From Candidatus Omnitrophota bacterium (lineage in GTDB: Bacteria > Omnitrophota > Gorgyraeia > JABMRN01 > RBG-13-46-9): a stretch of DNA of 64,000 nucleotides. A program made the position numbers and the translations under genes. Below the pieces are notes generated by a model, which was given only the letters and a program-made list of their open reading frames with translations, did no database searches and was not told the origin of the DNA. Of this stretch, positions 40,246-50,316 are shown one piece after another (position 1 is the stretch's first letter; each line of letters begins with the position of its first letter). The DNA lies in NCBI GenBank assembly GCA_013203315.1, contig JABMQJ010000026.1, positions 1-64,000 on the forward strand, given 5' to 3'.

Positions 40246-41118
40246 ATGAAGCGGTATATAGATAAATTTAAAAACTATCTGACTGTTGAGAAAAACTATT
40301 CCCCGCACACGATAAAAAACTATTTTATCGATTTAAACGAGTTCTCCGAGTTTCTGTCCGAAAGAAGCGTGCAGGATGTTGATTATCTTACGGTAAGGAA
40401 GTTTCTTGCGCATCTCCGACAGAGGCAAATTTCCAAGCGTTCGGTAGCAAGAAAACTATCCAGTCTCAGGACATTTTTTAAATTCCTACAAAGAGACGGA
40501 TATACGAAGAATAATCCCGTTGCAAGCGTATCAACGCCTAAATTGGACAAAAAATTACCTGTCTTTCTTGATGAGAAAAGCGCCTTAAAGCTCGTAACGG
40601 CGCCTAACAAGAATACCTTCCAGAGCGCAAGGGACAGGGCCATACTCGAAACGCTTTATAGTACAGGCATAAGGGTGGGCGAACTGGTAGGCATCGATAT
40701 CGATGACGTGGATATTATAAGCGGTGTAGTCAAAGTGTTGGGAAAAGGCCGAAAAGAGCGTATTGCGCCTTGCGGGGATAAAGCAATAAGCATTATCCGC
40801 GAATATTTAAAGTATAGAAACGTAAAAATAAGCCAGGATAAAAAAGCGCTCTTTTTAAATAAATCAGGGAAACGCTTATCAGACAGAAGCGTAAGGCGTA
40901 TCGTTGATAAATATATAAAAGATGTCGGAACTAAAGAACATATTTCGCCGCATACATTGCGCCATTCTTTTGCGACACATCTTTTAAATAGGGGAGCGGA
41001 TCTTCGTAGCGTACAGGAACTTTTGGGGCACAAGAACCTTTCGACCACGCAGATCTATACGCACGTAACGATGGAGCGCCTTAAATCAGTGTACGATAAG
41101 GCGCATCCCCGGGCATAA
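40246..41118 (+). CDS. xerC: Chromosomal tyrosine recombinase XerC
   Basis: R...GKG.KER...HTLRHSFATH...LGH...TTQIY, ending HPRA; dprA-topA-xerC synteny. Confidence 0.9.
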   Translation: MKRYIDKFKNYLTVEKNYSPHTIKNYFIDLNEFSEFLSERSVQDVDYLTVRKFLAHLRQRQISKRSVARKLSSLRTFFKFLQRDGYTKNNPVASVSTPKLDKKLPVFLDEKSALKLVTAPNKNTFQSARDRAILETLYSTGIRVGELVGIDIDDVDIISGVVKVLGKGRKERIAPCGDKAISIIREYLKYRNVKISQDKKALFLNKSGKRLSDRSVRRIVDKYIKDVGTKEHISPHTLRHSFATHLLNRGADLRSVQELLGHKNLSTTQIYTHVTMERLKSVYDKAHPRA

Positions 41119-41130
41119 CGGACAGGACGC

Positions 41131-42396
41131 ATGACCATATACGATATATCTTTCTTCATGTTTTCCATAATATACCTGCCGTACCTTGTCGTAAAAGGCA
41201 AGGCGCATAAAGATTTTATGCAAAGATTCGGCAAATTATCCCCGGATTTTAAAAGGACGAGTTTACTGAAACCTGTGTGGATACACGCTGTAAGCGTAGG
41301 CGAAGTCCTGGCTGTTAAAAATTTCGTGGAGAATTTTCAAAAAAGATTTCCGAAACAAAAAATAATTCTTTCCACAACCACAAGAACGGGAAACGCTGTA
41401 GCCGGAAAAGTATTGAATAGGGATGTTTTAAAATTCTATTTTCCACTGGATTTTAGTTTCGTTGTTAAGCGGGTGGTGGATTTCATTAACCCGTCTATTT
41501 TGATTATTATGGAAACCGAGATTTGGCCGAATCTCATTTTGGAGCTATCCAAAAGAAGGCTTCCCATCGTTCTGATAAACGGAAGGATTTCAGATAAGTC
41601 GTTTAAGGGGTATCGAAAAATAAAATTTTTCTTCGGAAAAATACTCAAAAAAATAAATTTATTTTGCATGCAAACAACCGAAAGCGCCGAAAGAATAAAA
41701 GCCCTGGGCGCGGCCCCATCAGGCGTCAGGACAACGGGAAATATGAAGTTTGACGTACGCGAGCTTTCACAGCAGGAGAAACTCATGCCAAATCTTGAAT
41801 TATCCGGCAAGCTTATTATTGCCGGTAGCACGCATGCAGGTGAGGAAGAAATCGTATTAGAGGTATATAAAGAGCTTTTAGAAGCTTCAGACAGCCTCCA
41901 GCTTCTCATAGCGCCGCGGCACATAGATAGAGCCGAAGCAATAAAGAAAAAGCTGGAACAATATGGATTCGAGGGTATATTAATGTCGCAGATTGAAAAG
42001 GGCGCACGCAAGGCTCTTTCAAAAAAAACAATTCTTATTCTGGATACGCTCGGGGAATTAAAACATCTTTATAGCCTGGCAACGATTGTTTTTATGGGGG
42101 GAAGCCTCATAAAAAGAGGCGGGCATAATATAATAGAACCGGCAATATCGGGAAAACCCATCGTGTTCGGGCCTTACATGTTTAATTTTAAGGATATGGC
42201 AAGATCTTTTCTTGAAAATAACGCTGCCTTAGAAGTTAAAAATAAAAGGGCGTTAAAAGAAACATTGCAATTATTACTAAAAGACGAGAATAGGAGAATC
42301 GCGTTAGGACGTAACGCGAAAGGTTTAATAGACAAAAGTAGGGGCGCTACGGAAAGAAACATAGATGAGGTTGCGCTCCTTTTAGAAAAACGATAA
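41131..42396 (+). CDS. waaA: Kdo transferase
   Basis: WIHAVSVGE, ETEIWPN, GSTH.GEE, APRH and GGHN.IEPA motifs. Confidence 0.95.
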   Translation: MTIYDISFFMFSIIYLPYLVVKGKAHKDFMQRFGKLSPDFKRTSLLKPVWIHAVSVGEVLAVKNFVENFQKRFPKQKIILSTTTRTGNAVAGKVLNRDVLKFYFPLDFSFVVKRVVDFINPSILIIMETEIWPNLILELSKRRLPIVLINGRISDKSFKGYRKIKFFFGKILKKINLFCMQTTESAERIKALGAAPSGVRTTGNMKFDVRELSQQEKLMPNLELSGKLIIAGSTHAGEEEIVLEVYKELLEASDSLQLLIAPRHIDRAEAIKKKLEQYGFEGILMSQIEKGARKALSKKTILILDTLGELKHLYSLATIVFMGGSLIKRGGHNIIEPAISGKPIVFGPYMFNFKDMARSFLENNAALEVKNKRALKETLQLLLKDENRRIALGRNAKGLIDKSRGATERNIDEVALLLEKR

Positions 42397-42417
42397 TTTT
42401 AGGAAGGCGGTTATTAT

Positions 42418-42879
42418 ATGAAGGTAAAAGATATAATGACGAAGGATGTTATAAAAATCAGCCCTTCAATCGGTATACGCGAGATCTACAATATTTTTCG
42501 CGAAAAAAATGTAGGCGGAGTACCGGTTGTAGATAACGATAACAAACTGCTTGGCCTCATCACGAAGACAGAGCTTCTTGATGTCCTGATTCCCGATTAC
42601 TTCGGCATGGTGACCGATTTTCTTTTTATCGATGATTTCGGAGCACTTGAAGAAAAACTCGAATCCCTGCCGTCTTTAGAGCTTTTTATAGCCGAAGACC
42701 TTATGATAAGCGGCCTTATCAGCATAAAAGAAAATGCCTCGTTAATGAAGGCGCCAGTTTTGATGAATAAATATAACATAAGAAGATTGCCCGTTGTGGA
42801 CGCTGACAATAGGCTCGTAGGCATTGTCACGAGAATGGATGTCTGCGACGCGTTATTCAACGGGAAGGGGCGGCACTAA
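42418..42879 (+). CDS. CBS-pair domain protein
   Basis: KVKDIMT, PVVD...LGLIT and RRLPVVD...VGIVT motifs. Confidence 0.9.
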   Translation: MKVKDIMTKDVIKISPSIGIREIYNIFREKNVGGVPVVDNDNKLLGLITKTELLDVLIPDYFGMVTDFLFIDDFGALEEKLESLPSLELFIAEDLMISGLISIKENASLMKAPVLMNKYNIRRLPVVDADNRLVGIVTRMDVCDALFNGKGRH

Positions 42880-44150
42880 TGGCTAACTACATCGTTGCAA
42901 TATCGATATTTGCGGTTACTTTTTATTTTATTATTTCCGGAAAACTTGATAGAACCATCGCCAGCTTTGCAGGCGCCCTGGCCATGATCGGCGCCGGAAT
43001 AACCCTTGGATTTTATTCGCAAGAAGAGGCGTTTCACGCGATAGATTTCAATATGATGGGCCTTCTCTTAGGAATGATGATTATCGTAAGCGTATGCAAA
43101 AAAACAGGCTTTTTTTCATATGTAGCGATAAAAGCAGCTAAGGCATCCGGCGGCTCACCGCTTCGCCTTATGATAATGATGGGTTGTATCACAGCCTTTC
43201 TTTCGATGGCCCTAGACAACGTAACGACGATAATTCTCGTTATCCCAATTACCATACTTATATGCGACATTCTCGGCATAAGCCCGCTTCCTATAATTAT
43301 GTCCGAAATAATCCTCTCAAACATAGGCGGCACCGGTACCATGATCGGGGATCCGCCGAACATGATGATCGCCTCAAGCGCTAATTTTTCTTTTACGGAT
43401 TTCTTAGTTCATCTTTTACCCATTACTCTTCTTGCTATGGTCATAAGCCTTGTTGCGCTTGCTTTCATATTCAGAAAACAAATGATACATCCGTCAGTAG
43501 ACTTTAGCCCGATTTCACAGATAAACGAACGGGCCGCCATACGTGACGAAAAAAGTTTACGCAAAACAGTTTTTTCGCTTATTATCGTATTTGCGCTTTT
43601 CATACTGCAGAAGCAATTACACCTTCACCATTCTTTCATAGCGCTTTTAGGCGCCGGCATTGTTCTCATTCTGGTACGGCCGAATATCGAAGAAATAATG
43701 AAGGATATACACTGGCCGATACTGGCTTTCTTTGCGTCTTTGTTTGTCTTAATAGGCGGACTCGAGAAGACCGGCTTACTGAACTTAATAGCCGAACAGA
43801 TAAGCAGGATAGCCAATGCAAATTATAATCTTGCAAAGATTTCGATTCTTTGGGTTTCGGCGTGTTTCGCCTCGCTCGTGGATCGCGTTCCTTTCACCAC
43901 CGCGATGATACCCATAATAAAACAAGTGGGTGTGCTCGGGTTTAACATTGATTCCCTGTGGTGGGTTCTTGCCCTAGGTGTCGGGTTCGGTGGAAGCGGA
44001 ACTCCCATAGGCTCTGTTGTTGGCGTAGTGGGCTTGGCCATGAGCGAAAAAACAAGCACCCCGATAGATTTCAAGATATGGTTTAAAACGGCAACAGTTG
44101 TTACGGTGATTACGTTAATTCTTGTAACCCTTTTAATAGGGATCATATAG
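42879..44150 (+). CDS. ArsB/NhaD (ion transporter superfamily) permease
   Basis: About 11 TM helices; LDNVTT and SNIGG.GT.IGDPPN motifs. Confidence 0.88.
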   Translation: MANYIVAISIFAVTFYFIISGKLDRTIASFAGALAMIGAGITLGFYSQEEAFHAIDFNMMGLLLGMMIIVSVCKKTGFFSYVAIKAAKASGGSPLRLMIMMGCITAFLSMALDNVTTIILVIPITILICDILGISPLPIIMSEIILSNIGGTGTMIGDPPNMMIASSANFSFTDFLVHLLPITLLAMVISLVALAFIFRKQMIHPSVDFSPISQINERAAIRDEKSLRKTVFSLIIVFALFILQKQLHLHHSFIALLGAGIVLILVRPNIEEIMKDIHWPILAFFASLFVLIGGLEKTGLLNLIAEQISRIANANYNLAKISILWVSACFASLVDRVPFTTAMIPIIKQVGVLGFNIDSLWWVLALGVGFGGSGTPIGSVVGVVGLAMSEKTSTPIDFKIWFKTATVVTVITLILVTLLIGII

Positions 44151-45230
44151 ATGCCTTTTTTAAGAGAGTACATACAGGATTTAATGAATGACAGAAAAAG
44201 CGATCCATTGTCGCAGGGCATAAAGCTTTGCCTTTTGGTTTTTTCTTATGCTTACACTATCCTAATAGCCTGCCATCATTTTTTTTATAAAATTAACTTA
44301 TTGAAAAGTTATAAAGCGCCTATTGCCGTCTTAAGCGTCGGCAACATAACTTTGGGCGGTACGGGAAAAACCCCTTTTACGATAATGCTCGCCGAGCGCT
44401 TGGCAAGCAAAAACAAAAAGCCCGCCATTCTCATAAGAGGCTACGGCGAAGACGAATGGATAATGACGCAGAATAGGCTGGAAAAAATGGGCATAAAAGT
44501 TTTTGTGGGAAGAGACAGGGTGAAATTTGCCCAAGAAGCGCTTGGGCAGGGCGCGGATACCGTGATTCTCGATGACGGTTTTCAGCACCGCCGTCTCAAA
44601 AGGGATTTGGATATAGTGCTTATTGATTCCACGAATCCTTTCGGAAACGGATTTCTTTTTCCGCGAGGTATTTTAAGAGAGCCCCCAGGTAGCTTAAAAA
44701 GGGCCGACATCATTGTTTTAACCAAAACTGATAAGGGTTGTTCCGGGATTTTGGCAACAGAAGAGAAAATAAAAAAAATAGCACCGGATAAAAATATCGT
44801 AAAAGCCGAGCATAAACCGCAAAATCTTTGCGACATGAAAACCGGTAGTCCTACCGAAATATCTTACATAAACGGAAAGACGGTATGTGTTGTTTCCGCG
44901 ATCTGTGACTCATCCTATTTTAAACACACGGTTCAGGGAACGGGGGCCAAGGTCGGGCTCGAATTTGTTTTTTCAGATCATTACGCGTATATAAAAGGCG
45001 ACTTAGATCATATCTTTGAAGAATGCAAAAAAAAGGAAATAAATATAATCGTTACTACGGAAAAAGACGCTGTTAAGCTTAAAAAAATAATGTTGACGGA
45101 GAAAAATATTCAGAAGGCTTTTCCGGACACGCTTGTATTGGGTATAGAACTTAAGATTGTGCAGGGCGAAAAAGAATTAAATGAAAAAATTGATCGATTA
45201 TATATGCGCACTTCTAGTAAGGGCGCTTAA
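44151..45230 (+). CDS. lpxK: Tetraacyldisaccharide 4'-kinase
   Basis: VGNITLGGTGKTP, RGYG, LDDGFQH, P.G.LRE and TTEKDAVK motifs. Confidence 0.95.
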   Translation: MPFLREYIQDLMNDRKSDPLSQGIKLCLLVFSYAYTILIACHHFFYKINLLKSYKAPIAVLSVGNITLGGTGKTPFTIMLAERLASKNKKPAILIRGYGEDEWIMTQNRLEKMGIKVFVGRDRVKFAQEALGQGADTVILDDGFQHRRLKRDLDIVLIDSTNPFGNGFLFPRGILREPPGSLKRADIIVLTKTDKGCSGILATEEKIKKIAPDKNIVKAEHKPQNLCDMKTGSPTEISYINGKTVCVVSAICDSSYFKHTVQGTGAKVGLEFVFSDHYAYIKGDLDHIFEECKKKEINIIVTTEKDAVKLKKIMLTEKNIQKAFPDTLVLGIELKIVQGEKELNEKIDRLYMRTSSKGA

Positions 45231-47124
45231 TTTAATATTCCATTTACTCCCTATAAGCTTCACGTTGTGGTTAGGCGGACGGCTGGGATTAATCGCGTGC
45301 TTTTTTAATAATGAAAGAAGGATCATAGCCTATGCTAACCTGCGAGCCGCTTACTCTCGTGAGAAAACCCCGCGCGAACTAAAAAAACTCACCGAAAGGG
45401 TCTACAGAAATATAGGCCAGATTTTTTTTGAAATACTGTCACTCACGAAAGTAAATAAAAAATATATAGATAAATATATTGACGTCGTTAATGCGGAGGA
45501 TAAATATAAATTAACCGATCACCCAAACGGCGTAATACTTTTAACCGCGCATTTCGGAAACTGGGAGTTATCCGGAATGACAAGTGCCATTAAAGGTTTT
45601 CCGCTGGTCGTCTTGGCCAGGGAGCAAAGTATGAAAAAGCTAAACGGACTCCTAAATAGGCTTCGGGAATCAAAGGGCTTGCAGGTTGTTACAAAAGGCA
45701 TTACAACCAGATACATAGTAAAAGCACTCCATCAAGGTAAGACAATCGGCATGGTCGGTGACCAGGACGCGGGAAAAACCGGAACACTCGTAGAATTTTT
45801 CGGAAGGCCGGCTTCCACAGCACCGGGGTCAGCCAGAATCGCCCAGAAAACAGGAGCCTACATAATACCTGCTTTTATGGCCAGGGTCAAAGGGCCTTAC
45901 CATAAGGCGATACTCGAAGAAGCGATAAAAATCGAAAAAAAAGAAGATATAACGCCCTATTTGGCAAAATACAATAAGTTGCTTGAGAAATATGTGAGGA
46001 AACATCCCGAACAGTACCTGTGGCTTCATAAAAGATGGAAATCTTCGCCGCTTAAAAGAGTCGTTATCTTAAGTGACGGAAAAGCAGGACATCTTAATCA
46101 GGCAAAAGCGCTTTGTAAGCAACTGATAAGATACAGGAAGGATTCGGGCTATGATGTTCCGGACACCGTGGTAAAAATTGCGGAAATAAAATACAAAAAT
46201 AAATTTGCAAAAATGCTACTTAACTTATGTAGCCTCTTCTCTACGCATAGATGCCAGGGCTGCATGTCTTGCATGAGACACTGCCTTACAAGCGAGTCGT
46301 ATGAGAATTTAATGAAACTTCACGCCGATATAATTATAAGCTGCGGTTCAGGCGTTGCGGGCGTAAACAGATTTTTCTCCGTAGAAAATAACGCGAAGAG
46401 TGCTTGCGTGATGAAGCCCTCCATCTTAAGGCTAAATAAGTTTGACATGGTGGTCCTGCCCCAGCATGATCGCGTAAACGGCAAAGAGGGTAGCATAATC
46501 GTGACGGACACAGTGCCGAATCTGATAGACGAAGAATACATGGAGAAATGCTCTCGGAAAGTTAGCGAAACTGTGAAATTGGACGCTCCTGTAAAAATCG
46601 GAATTCTCCTCGGCGGCAACAATTCGGATTTTGAATTAACAGAAGAAATAACGGAAAGCCTTTTAAATAATGTCATAAATGCCTCGCGAAAACTAGACGC
46701 CGACATCCTTTTGACAACTTCTCGCAGAACCCCAAGAAATATAGAAGAAGTAGTAAAACATAGATTGCATTCCGAAAAACGCTGTAAATTTCTGGTGATA
46801 GCCAACGAAAAAAATACCCCAGAAGCTGTGGGCGGAATTTTAGGGCTTTCCGATATAGTAGTTGTATCAGGCGAAAGCGTTTCCATGGTTTCAGAGGCTG
46901 TTTCCAGCGGAAAGGCAGTAGTTGTATTTAATTTAAAAAACAAAAAGAGAAAAAACGGAAAATTCGACAGAATGCTCCGCCGCCTTGAAAAAAAAGGGCA
47001 TATAACCACGACAAGCGTTCGTGGGCTTTCCGATGCGATATATGGGGGCTTACGCGATTCAGAGCCAAAACCTCTCCTGCGCGACCAATATAACGTGTAC
47101 AAGTATATGTGGCGACTACTATGA
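45181..47124 (+). CDS. Fusion: LpxL/HtrB-type lipid A acyltransferase + ELM1/GtrOC1 (DUF1022)-like domain
   Basis: N half has HFGNWE, DQD, FFG and PEQYLWLHKRWK. C half has LSDGKAGHLNQ, P.HD, LLGG, TTSRRTP and V.GES.SMVSEA. Confidence 0.85.
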   Translation: MKKLIDYICALLVRALNLIFHLLPISFTLWLGGRLGLIACFFNNERRIIAYANLRAAYSREKTPRELKKLTERVYRNIGQIFFEILSLTKVNKKYIDKYIDVVNAEDKYKLTDHPNGVILLTAHFGNWELSGMTSAIKGFPLVVLAREQSMKKLNGLLNRLRESKGLQVVTKGITTRYIVKALHQGKTIGMVGDQDAGKTGTLVEFFGRPASTAPGSARIAQKTGAYIIPAFMARVKGPYHKAILEEAIKIEKKEDITPYLAKYNKLLEKYVRKHPEQYLWLHKRWKSSPLKRVVILSDGKAGHLNQAKALCKQLIRYRKDSGYDVPDTVVKIAEIKYKNKFAKMLLNLCSLFSTHRCQGCMSCMRHCLTSESYENLMKLHADIIISCGSGVAGVNRFFSVENNAKSACVMKPSILRLNKFDMVVLPQHDRVNGKEGSIIVTDTVPNLIDEEYMEKCSRKVSETVKLDAPVKIGILLGGNNSDFELTEEITESLLNNVINASRKLDADILLTTSRRTPRNIEEVVKHRLHSEKRCKFLVIANEKNTPEAVGGILGLSDIVVVSGESVSMVSEAVSSGKAVVVFNLKNKKRKNGKFDRMLRRLEKKGHITTTSVRGLSDAIYGGLRDSEPKPLLRDQYNVYKYMWRLL

Positions 47125-49214
47125 ACATACTACAAACTGTTACTAGATTAGACGCGAGTGATAGTGCAGACGATGTAATCCAGACCACAAGGTTTTTTAC
47201 GCTAAACGGCCATAAGGCCGTTGTGGTTTCGGAAAAAAGCGCGCGCACAAAAGAAATAGACGAAGTTGGTGCGCGGTATTACGCGCTATCCTTAAGGCCG
47301 AATATATTTTTAATGCCCCTCGCTATTTTTAAATTATCACAAATAATCACAAGAGAAAATATCGATATTGTGCACGCAAGAGACGCCTCTTCTTCATTTG
47401 CGGCACTTTTTGCTTCTAGATTTACCGAACGCCCGTTCATAACAACGGTATACGAACATCACAAAAAAAGCCTTTTTGAAAAATCGCAATTTTGGGCAAA
47501 ACGCGTAATTTGTTCCAGTGAAAGCGATGCGCGTAATCTCGTAAAGCGCGGTTTTCTTTCGGAGAACAAGGTACGCGTTATACCGCCTTTCATAAAATTG
47601 AAGGTAACTGATTCGGCGCCTCTGGCCAAGAAAGACGGAAGCTTCGTTATAGGAGCGGCAGTCCCTCTATTTTCCCTGGAAGCAAGGCAAAATTTTATAA
47701 GAGCTATTTCGATATTATCCCGCACAATTAGCAAGTTAAAAGTTTTTATTACTGATAGTAGCCCCCGCCGCGAAAAGGATGCCGCCCAAAAACTAAAACT
47801 TTTAATAAAAAGACATTCGCTTGCGAATCTCGTTACGCTTTTGCCGCAAGGCGAGGACATAATGCCGATCTTGGGCATAGATCTCTTTGTTCAGATTAAT
47901 GTGGACAAAAATCCTTCCGCAAAACGCCTTTTACTCGCGCAAGCCTACGGTATACCGATTATTACTACTTGCGCTGATTGGATAAGCGATTATGTCGAAG
48001 ATAAAAAAACTGCTATTATATGCCAGTCGCCTGCGGCGCAAGAAATAGCTTCAGGAATAAACGATCTATATAAAAACAAGGAATTGCAAAGTCGGATAAC
48101 AAGCGCGGCAAAAACACACTTAAAGGAAAATTTTAAGGCCGAAAATATAATGGAATCCACTCTTGCCCTTTATGAAGACGCGCTTTCCGGCACTAATATG
48201 TTAATTATAAAAATAGGCGCTCTCGGAGACTCTATATTGGCAACCCCGTCGGTAAGGGCTTTAAGAGAAAAATTTCAAAAAGCTACCATAAAACTTCTCA
48301 CGGGACTCGAGCAAAGAGAGGTTTTTATGAACTCACCTTACATCGACGAACTTATAGTTTGCGATTTTAAACGAAGAGATAAAGGTGTAAGGGGCCTTTT
48401 GCGTGTCGGCAAAAAATTGCGGACCGCAAACTTTGACATAGTCGTCGACTTGCAAAATAACAAAAAAAGCCATCTCTTATCCTTTTTATCATATGCACCC
48501 AGGAGATTCGGTTATGATAACGGTAAGCTCGGCTTCTTATTAAATAGAAAGATTAAGGACACGAAAATCCCCACCGGCCCAATAGAACACCAGTCGAAAG
48601 TTTTAGGCCTTTTGGGAATACACAATATGGACAAGCGTATTGAATTATGGCCCGCAAAAGAAGATAGAATATGGGCGGATAATTTCCTATCATCGCATTG
48701 GGTAAAGGGTAGCACGAAACTCATCGCACTTAATATCGATTCCAGCCCTAAATGGGTTACCAAGCTGTGGCCCATAGAGTATTTCACGGAAGTATTTAAC
48801 AAGCTTGCGAAGAATTTCGGTATCCGTGCCGTATTAATCGGCCGGGAAAGAAACACCCCCAGAATAGAAGAGTTTTTGAAACACGCCAAATGCAAACCTA
48901 TTGTAGCCCTGGGAAAGACCAATATATCGCGCCTGGCATCTTTAGTCAAAAAATGCGACCTTTTATTGAGCCCTGACAGCGCACCGATACATGTGGCATG
49001 CGCCATGGGTACGCCTTTTATCGCGCTTTTCGGCCCGACGGACCCTAAGCGGCATCTGGCATCATCAAAAAACGCCGTAGTTTTCAACAAGAACTTAAAA
49101 TGCAGCCCCTGTTATCGCGCGCGCTGTAATCAAGGATATGCGTGCATGCTATCTATCAAACCCGAAGAAGTATATGAAGCGATCTTGAAGCTATTAGGCA
49201 TTAAGAAGAGGTAA
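47121..49214 (+). CDS. Fusion: degenerate GT4-like domain + GT9 heptosyltransferase domain
   Basis: N half is GT-B-like (IDIVHA) but lacks the ExxxxxxxE motif. C half has GALGDSIL, DSAPIH.A.A, LFGPT and CSPC. ATG 47121 overlaps the upstream stop. Confidence 0.85.
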   Translation: MNILQTVTRLDASDSADDVIQTTRFFTLNGHKAVVVSEKSARTKEIDEVGARYYALSLRPNIFLMPLAIFKLSQIITRENIDIVHARDASSSFAALFASRFTERPFITTVYEHHKKSLFEKSQFWAKRVICSSESDARNLVKRGFLSENKVRVIPPFIKLKVTDSAPLAKKDGSFVIGAAVPLFSLEARQNFIRAISILSRTISKLKVFITDSSPRREKDAAQKLKLLIKRHSLANLVTLLPQGEDIMPILGIDLFVQINVDKNPSAKRLLLAQAYGIPIITTCADWISDYVEDKKTAIICQSPAAQEIASGINDLYKNKELQSRITSAAKTHLKENFKAENIMESTLALYEDALSGTNMLIIKIGALGDSILATPSVRALREKFQKATIKLLTGLEQREVFMNSPYIDELIVCDFKRRDKGVRGLLRVGKKLRTANFDIVVDLQNNKKSHLLSFLSYAPRRFGYDNGKLGFLLNRKIKDTKIPTGPIEHQSKVLGLLGIHNMDKRIELWPAKEDRIWADNFLSSHWVKGSTKLIALNIDSSPKWVTKLWPIEYFTEVFNKLAKNFGIRAVLIGRERNTPRIEEFLKHAKCKPIVALGKTNISRLASLVKKCDLLLSPDSAPIHVACAMGTPFIALFGPTDPKRHLASSKNAVVFNKNLKCSPCYRARCNQGYACMLSIKPEEVYEAILKLLGIKKR

Positions 49215-49215
49215 T

Positions 49216-50316
49216 GTGAAAATACTAATTTTAACCACACACTTAAACATAGGCGGGGTTGCCAGTTACACCGTTAACCTGGCAAAGGGGCTAAAAAAAA
49301 GAAACATACCGGTCTGGGTTGCTTCAAACGGAGGAGACCTGGAGAAGGTGCTGGGAGAGCACGATATTCCCCATCTTAAGGTAAGCGTGAAAACAAAATG
49401 TGAATTTCATCCCAAACTATGCTTTGCATTTTTTAAACTACTTAAATTCGTAAGAGAAAATAAAATCGATATCATTCATGCTCAGACAAGAACTGCACAG
49501 ATAGTGGCGTATGCGCTTTCGAAAGCTACCGGGGCCAAGTTTATCAGCACTTGTCACGGATTTTTCAAGAGCAAACGAATCTCAAGAAGGCTTTTTGGCG
49601 CTTGGGGTGATTCCGTCATTGCCATTAGTGACGCTGTCCGTGATCATTTGATAAAAGATTTTCGCATAAACCATGACAAGGTCTTCCTTATATATAGCGG
49701 CGTGGACACGGAAGCGTTTTCTGCCGAGATAAGTAGTGATGAAGAAATGCGTTTAAAGCGCAATTTAGGATTTGCCAAATGCCCGGTGATCGGGTCTATT
49801 TCGAGGCTTTCGCCGGTCAAGGGTCTTAAATACCTGCTTTTTGCCATGAAGGACTTACTGAAAACTGTGCCGGAGGCGCAACTTCTTTTGGTCGGCGAAG
49901 GGCCTTCCAAGGTTTTCCTGACAGGACTTGCCAAAAAACTTGGCATTGAAAATAATGTATTTTTCGCCGAAAGCACCGTTCAAATACAGAGATTTTTGTC
50001 CATAATGGATGTTTTTGTATTTTCTTCGCTAGAAGAAGGTCTGGGCCTTTCTCTTTTGGAGGCACTTGCCTCCGGAAAATCCTGCGTGGCCTCTGACGTG
50101 GGAGGTGTTTCGTCCATAATAGAAGACGGCGTAACGGGTATCCTTGTTCCCCCAAAAGACGCGCATGCGCTGAAAGAAGCGATAATCAAAGTCCTTAACG
50201 ACGAACACTTAAGGGTTTCGTTGGCGAGAAGGGGCAGGGATTTAGTTAATGAAAAATTTTCACTCGATAAAATGACAAAGGAAGTTATCAATGCGTATGA
50301 TAAAACCCGGAAATAA
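49216..50316 (+). CDS. GT4 family glycosyltransferase
   Basis: GGVA, DIIHAQ, RLSPVKG and EGLGLSLLEA motifs. Confidence 0.9.
   Translation: MKILILTTHLNIGGVASYTVNLAKGLKKRNIPVWVASNGGDLEKVLGEHDIPHLKVSVKTKCEFHPKLCFAFFKLLKFVRENKIDIIHAQTRTAQIVAYALSKATGAKFISTCHGFFKSKRISRRLFGAWGDSVIAISDAVRDHLIKDFRINHDKVFLIYSGVDTEAFSAEISSDEEMRLKRNLGFAKCPVIGSISRLSPVKGLKYLLFAMKDLLKTVPEAQLLLVGEGPSKVFLTGLAKKLGIENNVFFAESTVQIQRFLSIMDVFVFSSLEEGLGLSLLEALASGKSCVASDVGGVSSIIEDGVTGILVPPKDAHALKEAIIKVLNDEHLRVSLARRGRDLVNEKFSLDKMTKEVINAYDKTRK

Noticed and set aside
40246-41118. Phage/ICE integrase marking a mobile element
   Set aside because: Length, the C-terminal HPRA and the dprA-topA-xerC context indicate chromosomal XerC; no att sites or cargo were seen.
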